From assembly GCA_902793405.1 (NCBI GenBank), contig CADBDH010000007.1, positions 5,712 through 69,711 on the forward strand: a DNA stretch of 64,000 nucleotides. Direction: 5' to 3'. The translations under genes were made by a program, and so were the position numbers. Origin of the DNA: an uncultured Bacteroidales bacterium (GTDB lineage: Bacteria > Bacteroidota > Bacteroidia > Bacteroidales > Muribaculaceae). Shown here one piece after another: positions 37,099 through 46,466 of this stretch; positions within the stretch are counted from its first letter, which is position 1; each line of letters starts with the position of its first letter. The notes under the pieces were generated by a model that was not told the DNA's origin, made no database searches, and saw only the letters and a list, made by a program, of their open reading frames with translations.

Positions 37099-38100
37099 AT
37101 GAATATGACCAAGAGAACCATAGCCATCGTGTGTGGTGGCGACTCCTCGGAATATGAGGTTTCCCTGCGTTCGGCCCAAGGCATTGATTCGGCAATGGAC
37201 CATGAGCGTTATGATGTATATATCGTCCTGATTAGGAAAGAGGACTGGCATGTCAACCTGCCCGACGGACGCCAGCCTGCCATCGACAAGAACGACTTCT
37301 CGTTCATGAAGGACGGCGAGAAAATCCGCTTCGACTATGCTTATATCACCATCCATGGCACCCCGGGCGAGAACGGCGTGTTGCAAGGCTACTTCGACAT
37401 GATAGACCTGCCTTACTCGACCTGTAACGTGCTGGTCGAGGCGTTGACGTTCCACAAGTTTGCCCTGAACAACTACCTGCGTGCCTTTGGCTGCTCTGTC
37501 CCCGACAGCATCCAGGTGCGTCGCGGTGTGCCTCACGGATGGACCGCCGAGAAGGTCAAGGACTATCTGGGCATGCCCTGCTTTGTGAAGCCCACTGCCG
37601 ACGGTTCGAGCTTCGGCGTGACCAAGGTGAAAAGCTGTGACCAGCTGGACGAAGCCATGGAGTTTGCCTTCAAGCAGTGCGACAACGTGATGATTGAGCG
37701 CTTCCTTGACGGCACCGAGGTCACCGTGGGCTGCTACAAGACCAAGAACAAATCGGTGGTATTCCCCGTTACCGAGGTCGTGACCGACAACGAGTTCTTC
37801 GACTACGATGCCAAGTACAATGGCCAGGTGGAGGAAATCACTCCCGCCCGCATCAGCGATGAACTGACCGCTGCCCTCCAGGCCGAGACGTCACGCATCT
37901 ACGACATCCTGCACTGCAACGGCATCATCCGCATCGACTACATCATCACCAAGAACCCCGACGGCAGCGACCACATCAACCTGCTGGAGATCAACACCAC
38001 CCCCGGCATGACCGTCACCAGCTTCATCCCCCAGCAAGTGCGCGCCGCCGGCCTCGACCTGAAAGACGTCCTCACCGACATCATCGAGAACCAGTTCTAG
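37099..38100 (+). CDS. ddl: D-alanine--D-alanine ligase
   Basis: GGDSSEYEVSLRSA, HGTPGENG, GSSFGV, FFDYDAKY and LEINTTPGMT. Start at 37099 or 37105. Confidence 0.96.
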   Translation: MNMTKRTIAIVCGGDSSEYEVSLRSAQGIDSAMDHERYDVYIVLIRKEDWHVNLPDGRQPAIDKNDFSFMKDGEKIRFDYAYITIHGTPGENGVLQGYFDMIDLPYSTCNVLVEALTFHKFALNNYLRAFGCSVPDSIQVRRGVPHGWTAEKVKDYLGMPCFVKPTADGSSFGVTKVKSCDQLDEAMEFAFKQCDNVMIERFLDGTEVTVGCYKTKNKSVVFPVTEVVTDNEFFDYDAKYNGQVEEITPARISDELTAALQAETSRIYDILHCNGIIRIDYIITKNPDGSDHINLLEINTTPGMTVTSFIPQQVRAAGLDLKDVLTDIIENQF

Positions 38101-38108
38101 CTCTTAAC

Positions 38109-38251
38109 GGACGGACCTAACGGATAAAACGGATATAATGGATAAAACGGAGGCAACGGGAACGCCCGCTTCCTCCGTTTTCATTTTTAATTCCGTAAAT
38201 TCCGTAAATTCCGTAATCTCCGTTAATTCCGTTACATCCGTCAAGTCCGTC
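38109..38251. repeat. Facing nonamer arrays (ACGGA core x6, then TCCGT core x7) around a central hairpin
   Basis: ACGGA-like cores at 38111, 38120, 38129, 38138, 38147 and 38156. TCCGT at 38192, 38201, 38210, 38219, 38228, 38237 and 38246 (period 9). Confidence 0.9.
38144..38181. terminator. Bidirectional terminator built from the nonamer arrays
   Basis: AAAACGGAGG...CCTCCGTTTT perfect outer stem with an inner CGGG/CCCG pair. Confidence 0.75.
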
Positions 38252-38930
38252 CTTTCTCATCGAGCAGGGCTTTTAGCCGCGCGATTTCTTGCTTGAGTGC
38301 AGCAATTTCCCGTGCTTGCTGCTCGATGATTTCCCTTTGAGTCGCACGTTGTTCAAGCCGTGCAGCGGTCATGCGCTCACGCACACCGCCCTCGGTAGTG
38401 AATTCACGGTCTTTCCTCTCGATGTATTTGTTCAATGCGGCATCTACTTGATGACACAGGCAGATGGCCATGTTAGCCATTTCTTCATCGTTCATCTTGG
38501 GCAGCAACTCCTTGTAATCCTCAAATTTGCTGTGTGCTCGGCAAAAGTCGAGCATGGCTTTATATCGGGGATGAGTGCCATACCACTCGGTGTATCCTTT
38601 GCGTTTGATGTAGTCCTGGTAGTCCTCGAGCAGTTCCTTGTTGCTCCCGCGGGCAAATCCCAATAGTTTCAATTCACTCTCCACCGAGGTCTCACCATCA
38701 CTGCTGCCCTCAACGATGTTCTGTTTGCAGCTGCGGGCGGCTTGAACCATCTGGTCAACAGTGCGGTCGCCATAATGTTTCAGAAAACGCTGGCAAAACA
38801 CCTGAGTCAATTGGTACAGCACGTCACTCCGCTGATAAAAACGCAACTCGGTATATATTGTCCTACGGCGCAACGAGCTGGCAGTCCCATCCTCGTAATG
38901 GCTAATACGAGGTTTCATTTTGTCCTCCAT
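38241..38930 (-). CDS. Four-helix-bundle protein with suffix domain (23S rRNA IVS/Avd-like family)
   Basis: TVDQMVQAARSCKQNIVEG, ELLEDYQDY, EMANMAICL and the suffix motif FTTEGGVRERMTAAR. Confidence 0.88.
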   Translation of the reverse strand: MEDKMKPRISHYEDGTASSLRRRTIYTELRFYQRSDVLYQLTQVFCQRFLKHYGDRTVDQMVQAARSCKQNIVEGSSDGETSVESELKLLGFARGSNKELLEDYQDYIKRKGYTEWYGTHPRYKAMLDFCRAHSKFEDYKELLPKMNDEEMANMAICLCHQVDAALNKYIERKDREFTTEGGVRERMTAARLEQRATQREIIEQQAREIAALKQEIARLKALLDEKGRT

Positions 38931-38937
38931 AAAACTC

Positions 38938-38973
38938 TGTTCCGTTAACTCCGTAATCTCCGTTAAGTCCGTC
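38938..38973. repeat. Nonamer array (TCCGT core x4), direct copy of the array at the gene's 3' side
   Basis: TCCGT at 38941, 38950, 38959 and 38968. The 17-mer TCCGTAATCTCCGTTAA is identical at 38210-38226 and 38950-38966. Confidence 0.9.
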
Positions 38974-38983
38974 TAACAACCCC

Positions 38984-40906
38984 TTAATTGTGGATGATCA
39001 GTGCTGATTGTGCTGGCACTGTTACTTTGCCGTCTTTGGTCTTGACGGTGGAGATGCCGGATTGGTCGCACTTGATGTTGCGGCAGACGATGGTGTAGGT
39101 GCCGTCGGGGACCTCGATGGAGCGGGCGCGCTTTTGGGCATTGAAGGCCACATAGATGTCGCCCCAGGACTCGCCGGGCACGTTACGGCCGTTGATGTGA
39201 TAGGCAACGAGGCAGTTCTGTGTGGGCAGGAAGTCGAGGTTGCGGCGCACCATCTCGGCACTGCCCATGTGGAAGGCGGGATGGGCCTTGCGCAGGGCAA
39301 TCAGCCCCTTGTAGTAGTCCATCACCTGAGGGTAGCACTCCAGGTTGCCCCAATCCAGATGGTTGATGCTGTCGGGGCTCTCGTAGCTGTTGTGCACACC
39401 CTTCTTGTCGCGCAGCATCTCCTCACCGCTGAGCATGAACGGCACGCCCTGCGAGGTCATGACCACGGTCTGTGCCATCAGGTCCAGGCGGATGAGTTCA
39501 TCGATGGTGATGCCCTTGACGCTGGCCTTGAGGCGGTCCACCAGGCACATGTCGTCGTGACAGCTCACGTAGGCGATCATCTGGGTCGGCTCGTTGGCAT
39601 AGGGCGCCTTGCTGTAGTTCACTTGGCTGTAGTCCACACCGGGATGCTGGATGGCTCCCACGATGCCGAACTTGATGCTCTCCTCGTTGCCCTTCACGCC
39701 ACCCAGGAAGGCAGCCTTGCTGTTGCTGTCCCACGGGCCGCGCAGTGCGTCGCGCATCTCGTCGCTGAAGGCGGCGATGCCCGGCATCTTATTGATGTTG
39801 GCCTTCATGGCCAGCTCTCCCGAGTAAGCGCAACTGCCGGCGCTCCAGCCCTCACCATAGATGAAGATATCCTGGGGCACAGCATTGCGGATGGCGTTCA
39901 TCGTCTCGATATCGTGCACACCCATCAGGTCGAAGCGGAAGCCGTCGATGTGGTATTCGTCCACCCAGTATTTCACGCTCTCGACCATGAACTGGCGCAT
40001 GCCCTCGCGCTCGCTGGCCGTCTCGTTGCCGCAGCCGCTGCCGTTGCTGTAGGTGCCGTCGGCATTCTTGCGGTAGAAGTAGTCGGGACGGGTGAGCTGG
40101 AAGTTGCTGCCGTCGATGTTCCAGGTGTGGTTATACACCACGTCCAGGATGACCTTGATACCTGCCTTGTGCAGGGCCTGTACCATCTGCTTGAACTCGC
40201 TGATGCGCACCTCGGGCTTGTAGGGATCGGTCGAGTAACCGCCCTCGGGCACATTGTAGTTCACGGGGTCATAGCCCCAGTTGTACTGCGGTTGGTCGAG
40301 GCGTGTCTCATCGACCGAGGCATAGTCAAACGAGGGTAGGATATGCACCGCATTGACGCCTAGAGCCTTCAGGTGGCTGATGGCGCGCGGCTCGGTCAAG
40401 GCAAGGAATTTGCCCTTGTAGGTAAAGTCGCTTGATTCATCGATGGAGAAGTCGCGGTGATGCATCTCATACAGGATGAGGTCCTTAGCCGCAATAGCGG
40501 GGCGCTTGTCGGCGTCCCAGCCCTGTGGATTGGTCGCTGCCATGTCAACGATGGCGCCGCGCTTGCCGTTCACGCCCACGGCGGTGGCCCAGATGCCCGG
40601 ACACTCGCCGCGGAACTTGCCGTCATATTTCACGTCGAAGGTGTAGAATTTGCCCTTCAGGTCACCCTTGACCGAGGCCTGCCACATTGTGCTGCCCGAC
40701 TTGTCGCGCTTCATGGCGATGGTCTTGACGGGTTTGCCGCCCAGGCCGTCTTTGTAGATGCGCAGTTTCACCTGCTGGGCATTGTTGTTGGTCTCTACAC
40801 TGAAATAGCTCGCGCCGGGGGTGTAGTTCACCCCGGTGCGAGCATTCATTAGTTGCGGTACGAGTAATGCCATGATTATCGCTACCAGTGATAAGAGATG
40901 TCTCAT
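38984..40906 (-). CDS. pulA: Type I pullulanase (GH13)
   Basis: YNWGYDP, GFRFDLMG, YGEGW and YVSCHDD. The start overlaps the malQ stop (TAATG). Confidence 0.93.
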   Translation of the reverse strand: MRHLLSLVAIIMALLVPQLMNARTGVNYTPGASYFSVETNNNAQQVKLRIYKDGLGGKPVKTIAMKRDKSGSTMWQASVKGDLKGKFYTFDVKYDGKFRGECPGIWATAVGVNGKRGAIVDMAATNPQGWDADKRPAIAAKDLILYEMHHRDFSIDESSDFTYKGKFLALTEPRAISHLKALGVNAVHILPSFDYASVDETRLDQPQYNWGYDPVNYNVPEGGYSTDPYKPEVRISEFKQMVQALHKAGIKVILDVVYNHTWNIDGSNFQLTRPDYFYRKNADGTYSNGSGCGNETASEREGMRQFMVESVKYWVDEYHIDGFRFDLMGVHDIETMNAIRNAVPQDIFIYGEGWSAGSCAYSGELAMKANINKMPGIAAFSDEMRDALRGPWDSNSKAAFLGGVKGNEESIKFGIVGAIQHPGVDYSQVNYSKAPYANEPTQMIAYVSCHDDMCLVDRLKASVKGITIDELIRLDLMAQTVVMTSQGVPFMLSGEEMLRDKKGVHNSYESPDSINHLDWGNLECYPQVMDYYKGLIALRKAHPAFHMGSAEMVRRNLDFLPTQNCLVAYHINGRNVPGESWGDIYVAFNAQKRARSIEVPDGTYTIVCRNIKCDQSGISTVKTKDGKVTVPAQSALIIHN

Positions 40907-43587
40907 TATCGTCCGTTTTGAGTGATGATTTCTTTCACATGTCCGTTGAACTCGTCGGCCTTCATCAGCTGCTCGATGGTCATGTGCATGCGGTAACGCC
41001 AGTAGTGGCGCGGGTTGGCGGGGATGTTGATGCGCTCGGCATCGGCATCTTCAATACGCATCTTCTCGTCGATGGCGAGCCAGTCCTGCAACGAGAGCAG
41101 GCACAGCATCGACGGGCAAGCCAGGTGGCTGCGCACGATGTCGTCGGCCAGCCAGCCGGGCAGCGGATGGGGTGCTGCACCGTTTTGCCACAACGAGGTG
41201 TTGAAGAACTCTTGGGTGCGGTCCCAGTCCTCGTCCCACCATTGCCTCATGGTGGGCATGTCATGGGTCGAGACGGTGGCAACGCTGCGGTAGGGGTTGG
41301 AGCTCAGGTTGCCGAACTTGATGTGGTTGTCCTTGGGCATCGATTGGATTTCGAGGCTCAGGATGCGCAATTCGTTCATTACCCATGCCACGCAGTCGGG
41401 CACCATGCCCAGGTCTTCGGCACACACGAGCATGCGGGTAGCCTGCACCAGTTTGGGCAGTTTCTTCATGGCCTCGTGATACCAGAAGTCGTTGTTGCGG
41501 TGGTAGTAGTACTCGTTGTAGAGCTTGTTGAAGGCAGCCTTGTCGTTGTCGTAGAGTGTCTCGTAAATGAAATCGAACTGTACCGAGATGCGCGGATGGA
41601 ACAGGGCCGGGTTCTTGCGGTCACGCACGAACAGCACGTCGCTGATCAAGGCATACAGGCCGTCACGCAGCCAGATGTCCTCCTCGCTCTCCTTGCCCTT
41701 GAAGGCAGCCTCGATCTTGCGCTGGGTGTCAAACTCGGGCTTCATGCGGTAGATGTCGTCATGCACGCGCTCGACATACTTCTGGCGCACGGTGTCGGCC
41801 AGCTTGCCGAAGATGCGGTCCAGTACCCAATCGGCGATGAACGGCTCGGTCATCAGCTTCTCCTGGAAGTTGAGGCCGTAGCTGCGGATTTCGTCGGCGC
41901 TCATGCCCAGCGAGGGCGAGAACTGGCCCAGCAGGCCGTGAACGGCATTGATGGGGATTTCCCAGATGCGGAAGAAGCCCAGCACGTGGTCGATGCGGTA
42001 GGCGTCGAAATACTGTGACATCTTGCGGAAGCGTTTTACCCACCACTTGCAGCCGTCGGCGAGCATCACGTCCCAGTTATAGGTCGGGAAGCCCCAGTTC
42101 TGACCGTTGGTCGAGAAGGCATCGGGCGGAGCACCGGCCTGGCCGTTGAGGTTGAAGTACTTGGGCTCTACCCATGCCTCGACGCTGTCGCGGCTGATGC
42201 CGATGGGGATGTCACCCTTGAGGATGACGTGTTTGCTCTGGGCATACTTGTGGGCACTGCGCATCTGCTTGTCCAGGTAGTACTGCACATAGTACCACAG
42301 GCTCACCTCCTTGTAGGCCTTGGTGCGGGGATTGGCCAGCGCAGCGCGCTCCTCGTCGGTGAAGATGTGGTTGGAGGGCCACTTGGAGAACGATGCCGTG
42401 CCATACAGGTCGCGGTAGTGGCAGAAGGCGGCATAGGGCACCAGCCAATCCTGGTTGGCGGTGAAGAAGGCCTTGAACTCGTCGCTCTTGAGCACGCCGG
42501 CGCCTTCCTGCTCAAAGAGCAACTTCATGTATTCGCGCTTGGCGTTGTTCACGCGCTCATAGTCGATTTGGGGCAGTGCATTCAGCTCCTTGCGCAGTTT
42601 CTCGAACTCGGCGGCGCGTTTCTTGTCGTCGAGTTTGGGCAACTGGCGCAGGTCCATGTACTGGGGATGCAGGGCATAGATGCTGATGCTGTTGTAGGGG
42701 TAGCTGTCGCTCCACGTGTGGGTGATGGTGGTGTCGTTGATGGGCAGCACTTGCAGGGCGCGCTGGCCGGTCTTTGCCACCCAGTCCACCATGAGCTTCA
42801 GGTCGCCAAAGTCGCCCACGCCGAAGCTGCCTTCGCTGCGAAGCGAGAAGATAGGCACCACGGTGCCGGCCAGCTTGACGGGATACAGGGGGAAGTAGGC
42901 CTGCGACAGCTCATAGACGATGTGCTCACCCTCCTTGAGGACGGGCAGCAGCACGGTGCGGTTGTCGCCGGTCTCCCAGATGACTTTCTTGCCCTTGCCG
43001 CCCATGATGACGAACTTGAACTCGACAAAGGCCTTCTTGAAGGCGCTGCCGTCGAGCGAGATGACCCACTCGTTGTGGTTGTGCTCGGTCATCTTCAGGG
43101 CCTTGCTCTCGTCCCAGTCGCCCAGGGTGGGCTCGTTGCCCACCACGCCCAGCGTCTCGCCCGTGCGCAGCTGCGGTGCACGCACCTTCAGTTGCACGAT
43201 GGTGGCATACTTGCACTTGGCGGGGTCCTGCAGTTTGCGCAGGGCCACACAGTCGGTAAAGGCCGAGCTGTACAGGTAGCTGTCGTCGGGCATGTCGTTC
43301 CAGTGGTCATAGGTGATGTAGCGGGAAGCCTTGGCGGCATTCAGGTCCAGACGGTGGGGGATGACCATCCACTCATGACGTTGCTCCTTGCCTTCACGCT
43401 CCACGCTGTAGTAATAGTTGATGTGTCCCACCTTGGCGGGAAAGTCCATGTCGCATTTCCACGACTTGTCGGTCGCGGGCTTCATCACGTTGCGCGACAC
43501 TTTTCCGTCCTCGGCATTATTCACGATATTGAGTACCAGGGTTTCACCATAGATGGTGCTGTACTCGATGTTGAATCTTACTTTCAT
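40906..43587 (-). CDS. malQ: 4-alpha-glucanotransferase (GH77, DPE2-type with two CBM20 domains)
   Basis: N-terminal CBM20-like domains (LGDWD..KA; VIWETGDNR), GDIPIG, QNWGFPTY, RIDHVLG, AEDLG and STHD. Confidence 0.95.
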   Translation of the reverse strand: MKVRFNIEYSTIYGETLVLNIVNNAEDGKVSRNVMKPATDKSWKCDMDFPAKVGHINYYYSVEREGKEQRHEWMVIPHRLDLNAAKASRYITYDHWNDMPDDSYLYSSAFTDCVALRKLQDPAKCKYATIVQLKVRAPQLRTGETLGVVGNEPTLGDWDESKALKMTEHNHNEWVISLDGSAFKKAFVEFKFVIMGGKGKKVIWETGDNRTVLLPVLKEGEHIVYELSQAYFPLYPVKLAGTVVPIFSLRSEGSFGVGDFGDLKLMVDWVAKTGQRALQVLPINDTTITHTWSDSYPYNSISIYALHPQYMDLRQLPKLDDKKRAAEFEKLRKELNALPQIDYERVNNAKREYMKLLFEQEGAGVLKSDEFKAFFTANQDWLVPYAAFCHYRDLYGTASFSKWPSNHIFTDEERAALANPRTKAYKEVSLWYYVQYYLDKQMRSAHKYAQSKHVILKGDIPIGISRDSVEAWVEPKYFNLNGQAGAPPDAFSTNGQNWGFPTYNWDVMLADGCKWWVKRFRKMSQYFDAYRIDHVLGFFRIWEIPINAVHGLLGQFSPSLGMSADEIRSYGLNFQEKLMTEPFIADWVLDRIFGKLADTVRQKYVERVHDDIYRMKPEFDTQRKIEAAFKGKESEEDIWLRDGLYALISDVLFVRDRKNPALFHPRISVQFDFIYETLYDNDKAAFNKLYNEYYYHRNNDFWYHEAMKKLPKLVQATRMLVCAEDLGMVPDCVAWVMNELRILSLEIQSMPKDNHIKFGNLSSNPYRSVATVSTHDMPTMRQWWDEDWDRTQEFFNTSLWQNGAAPHPLPGWLADDIVRSHLACPSMLCLLSLQDWLAIDEKMRIEDADAERINIPANPRHYWRYRMHMTIEQLMKADEFNGHVKEIITQNGR

Positions 43588-43597
43588 AATATTTTGT

Positions 43598-43625
43598 CTT
43601 TAGTCTATAGTCTATAGTTTTTAGG
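43598..43625. repeat. Heptamer array x4 (CTTTAGT CTATAGT CTATAGT TTTTAGG)
   Basis: Located in the malT-malQ spacer. It reads as ACTA-core units on the coding strand just before the malQ start. Confidence 0.7.
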
Positions 43626-43639
43626 TCATTGTCTTTTCG

Positions 43640-44971
43640 TTAATCCCTGTGCTTCTTGTCCTCGATGATGAACACACACACGGCGCCCACGATGAGCAGG
43701 ATGCCGGCCAGCAGGAGCATGTTGCCCTGAACGCTGCCCATGGCAGCCAGCAGCACGCCACCCAGTGCGGCAGCAACGATCTGCGGGATGCAGATGGTGC
43801 AGTTGAACAGACCCAGAGCGGTGCCCATGCGGCTGCTGCCCTCAAAGGCGTTGGTCACCATGGTGAACGGCATGGCCAGCATGGCGGCCCAGGCGAAACC
43901 GATCAGGAAGTAGGGCACAAACAGCATGTACTGGTTGTGGATGTAGGGTACCATGGCAAAGCCGATACCGCCGATGACAAGACTCAATGCATAGGCCACC
44001 TTGATGTTCTTGAACTGCGGCAGTACGACGGCCCACAGCACGCTGCCGATAGCCTGAACGGCAAACAGGATGCCCACCCAGTTGCCGGCCAGCTGATAGC
44101 CCTCGCTGGAGGCGTCGGTGGTGCCCCAAACGGTGTCGGCGATGGTGCCGTTGGTGTAGGTCCACATGTACATGAATGCTGCCCAGCAGAAGAACTGTAC
44201 CAGACCCACCTCAAGGAATACCTTGTAGGCGTGCTTCTTCTGGGCCGGGCTCATTTCGGTAGAGACTTGTTCGCCTTGTCCCTCGGCATTGGCGGCGGCA
44301 TTGAACTCGGCCATCTGTTGCGGCGTGTACTCCTTCACATGGCTGATGGTGTAGATAACACACAGGATGAGGATGGCTGCGCCCACATAGAAGGACCACT
44401 TCACGCTGTCGGGTACAACACCCTCGGGAGCCACGTTGGCAATACCGATGGCAGTGAACAGGAACGGGAAGATGTAGCCCACCAGTGAACCGGCGTTGCA
44501 CAGGAACGACTGGATAGAGTAGGCCTTGGCCTTCTGTTTCTCGTTGACCATGTCGCCCACCATCATCTTGAAGGGCTGCATCGCCATGTTGATGCTCGTG
44601 TCAAGGAACATCAGGGCAATCAGGCCGAAGGTCATCGCGCCGGCGATGGTCAGGCCGAACGAGCCGGCATTGGGCAGCAGGCACATCACGATGATGGCGG
44701 CCAGGGCACCAATCAGCAGATAGGGGATGCGGCGGCCCCAGCGGCCCATCCACGTCTTGTCGCTGAAGTAGCCCACCAGCGGCTGCACCACCATGCCCAT
44801 CAACGGCGGCAGAATCCAGAAATAACTCAGGTTGTGCGGGTCGGCGCCCAAGGTCGCAAAGATGCGGCTGATGTTGGCGCTCTGCAGAGCGTAGGCGATC
44901 TGCACTCCAAAGAAACCAAAGCTGATGTTCCACAGCTGGTTGAATTTCAAATCCGGTTTAGTCTTCATCAT
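43640..44971 (-). CDS. MFS maltose/sucrose transporter (MalT/SLC45-like)
   Basis: WNISFGFFGVQIAYALQ, GYFSDKTW...GRRIPY, DTSINMAMQPF and multiple TM helices. Confidence 0.9.
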   Translation of the reverse strand: MMKTKPDLKFNQLWNISFGFFGVQIAYALQSANISRIFATLGADPHNLSYFWILPPLMGMVVQPLVGYFSDKTWMGRWGRRIPYLLIGALAAIIVMCLLPNAGSFGLTIAGAMTFGLIALMFLDTSINMAMQPFKMMVGDMVNEKQKAKAYSIQSFLCNAGSLVGYIFPFLFTAIGIANVAPEGVVPDSVKWSFYVGAAILILCVIYTISHVKEYTPQQMAEFNAAANAEGQGEQVSTEMSPAQKKHAYKVFLEVGLVQFFCWAAFMYMWTYTNGTIADTVWGTTDASSEGYQLAGNWVGILFAVQAIGSVLWAVVLPQFKNIKVAYALSLVIGGIGFAMVPYIHNQYMLFVPYFLIGFAWAAMLAMPFTMVTNAFEGSSRMGTALGLFNCTICIPQIVAAALGGVLLAAMGSVQGNMLLLAGILLIVGAVCVFIIEDKKHRD

Positions 44972-45089
44972 AGTTGTTATATTTTTAGTATTAAGTAATA
45001 ATTTCGATAAGGATTAGTTAAACTCCTACAAAAATAACACATTTGCACTCAAAATTATTATAAATAATGTAATGCAATCCCAAAAAATC

Positions 45090-45107
45090 AATGCAACCGA
45101 TTGCATT
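45090..45107. promoter_or_regulatory. LacI-type operator upstream of malT-malQ-pulA
   Basis: AATGCAA-CCGA-TTGCATT palindrome with the same core as the susC site. Minus-strand -7 boxes lie at 45029-45036 and 45050-45057. Confidence 0.75.
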
Positions 45108-45267
45108 GGCGCATGTTGTTTGGTCATTTGGCAAGAAAAGCCTATCTTTGCCTTCGGCGAAGGTAGGCGGCGCTTCGGGATAAAAAAAGAATGAATTCTT
45201 TTTGTTCTCCGCTCAGCTTGCACTACCTTTGCAGACTGGAACAAAACAAAAACTAGATATATAGACT

Positions 45268-46371
<1,104 letters not shown>

Positions 46372-46466
46372 TTTAGGCTTTAGGCTTCAGACTTTAGGTC
46401 AATAACTGAAGCCTAACTCCTAACTCCTAACGCCTAACTTCTCACTTCTAACTCCTAACGCCTAAT
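46372..46466. repeat. Opposed heptamer arrays (TTTAGGC-type x4, then NCCTAAC-type x8)
   Basis: 46372-46399 TTTAGGC TTTAGGC TTCAGAC TTTAGGT. 46411-46466 GCCTAAC TCCTAAC TCCTAAC GCCTAAC TTCTCAC TTCTAAC TCCTAAC GCCTAAT, running into the ATG. Confidence 0.9.

Noticed and set aside
38241-38930. Diversity-generating retroelement (Avd-like protein)
   Set aside because: No reverse transcriptase and no template/variable repeat pair differing at adenines were seen in the window.
45026-45244. 72-aa ORF MFQSAKVVQAERR...
   Set aside because: It overlaps promoter boxes, the LacI operator and hairpins. More likely the antisense reading of a regulatory or repeat element.
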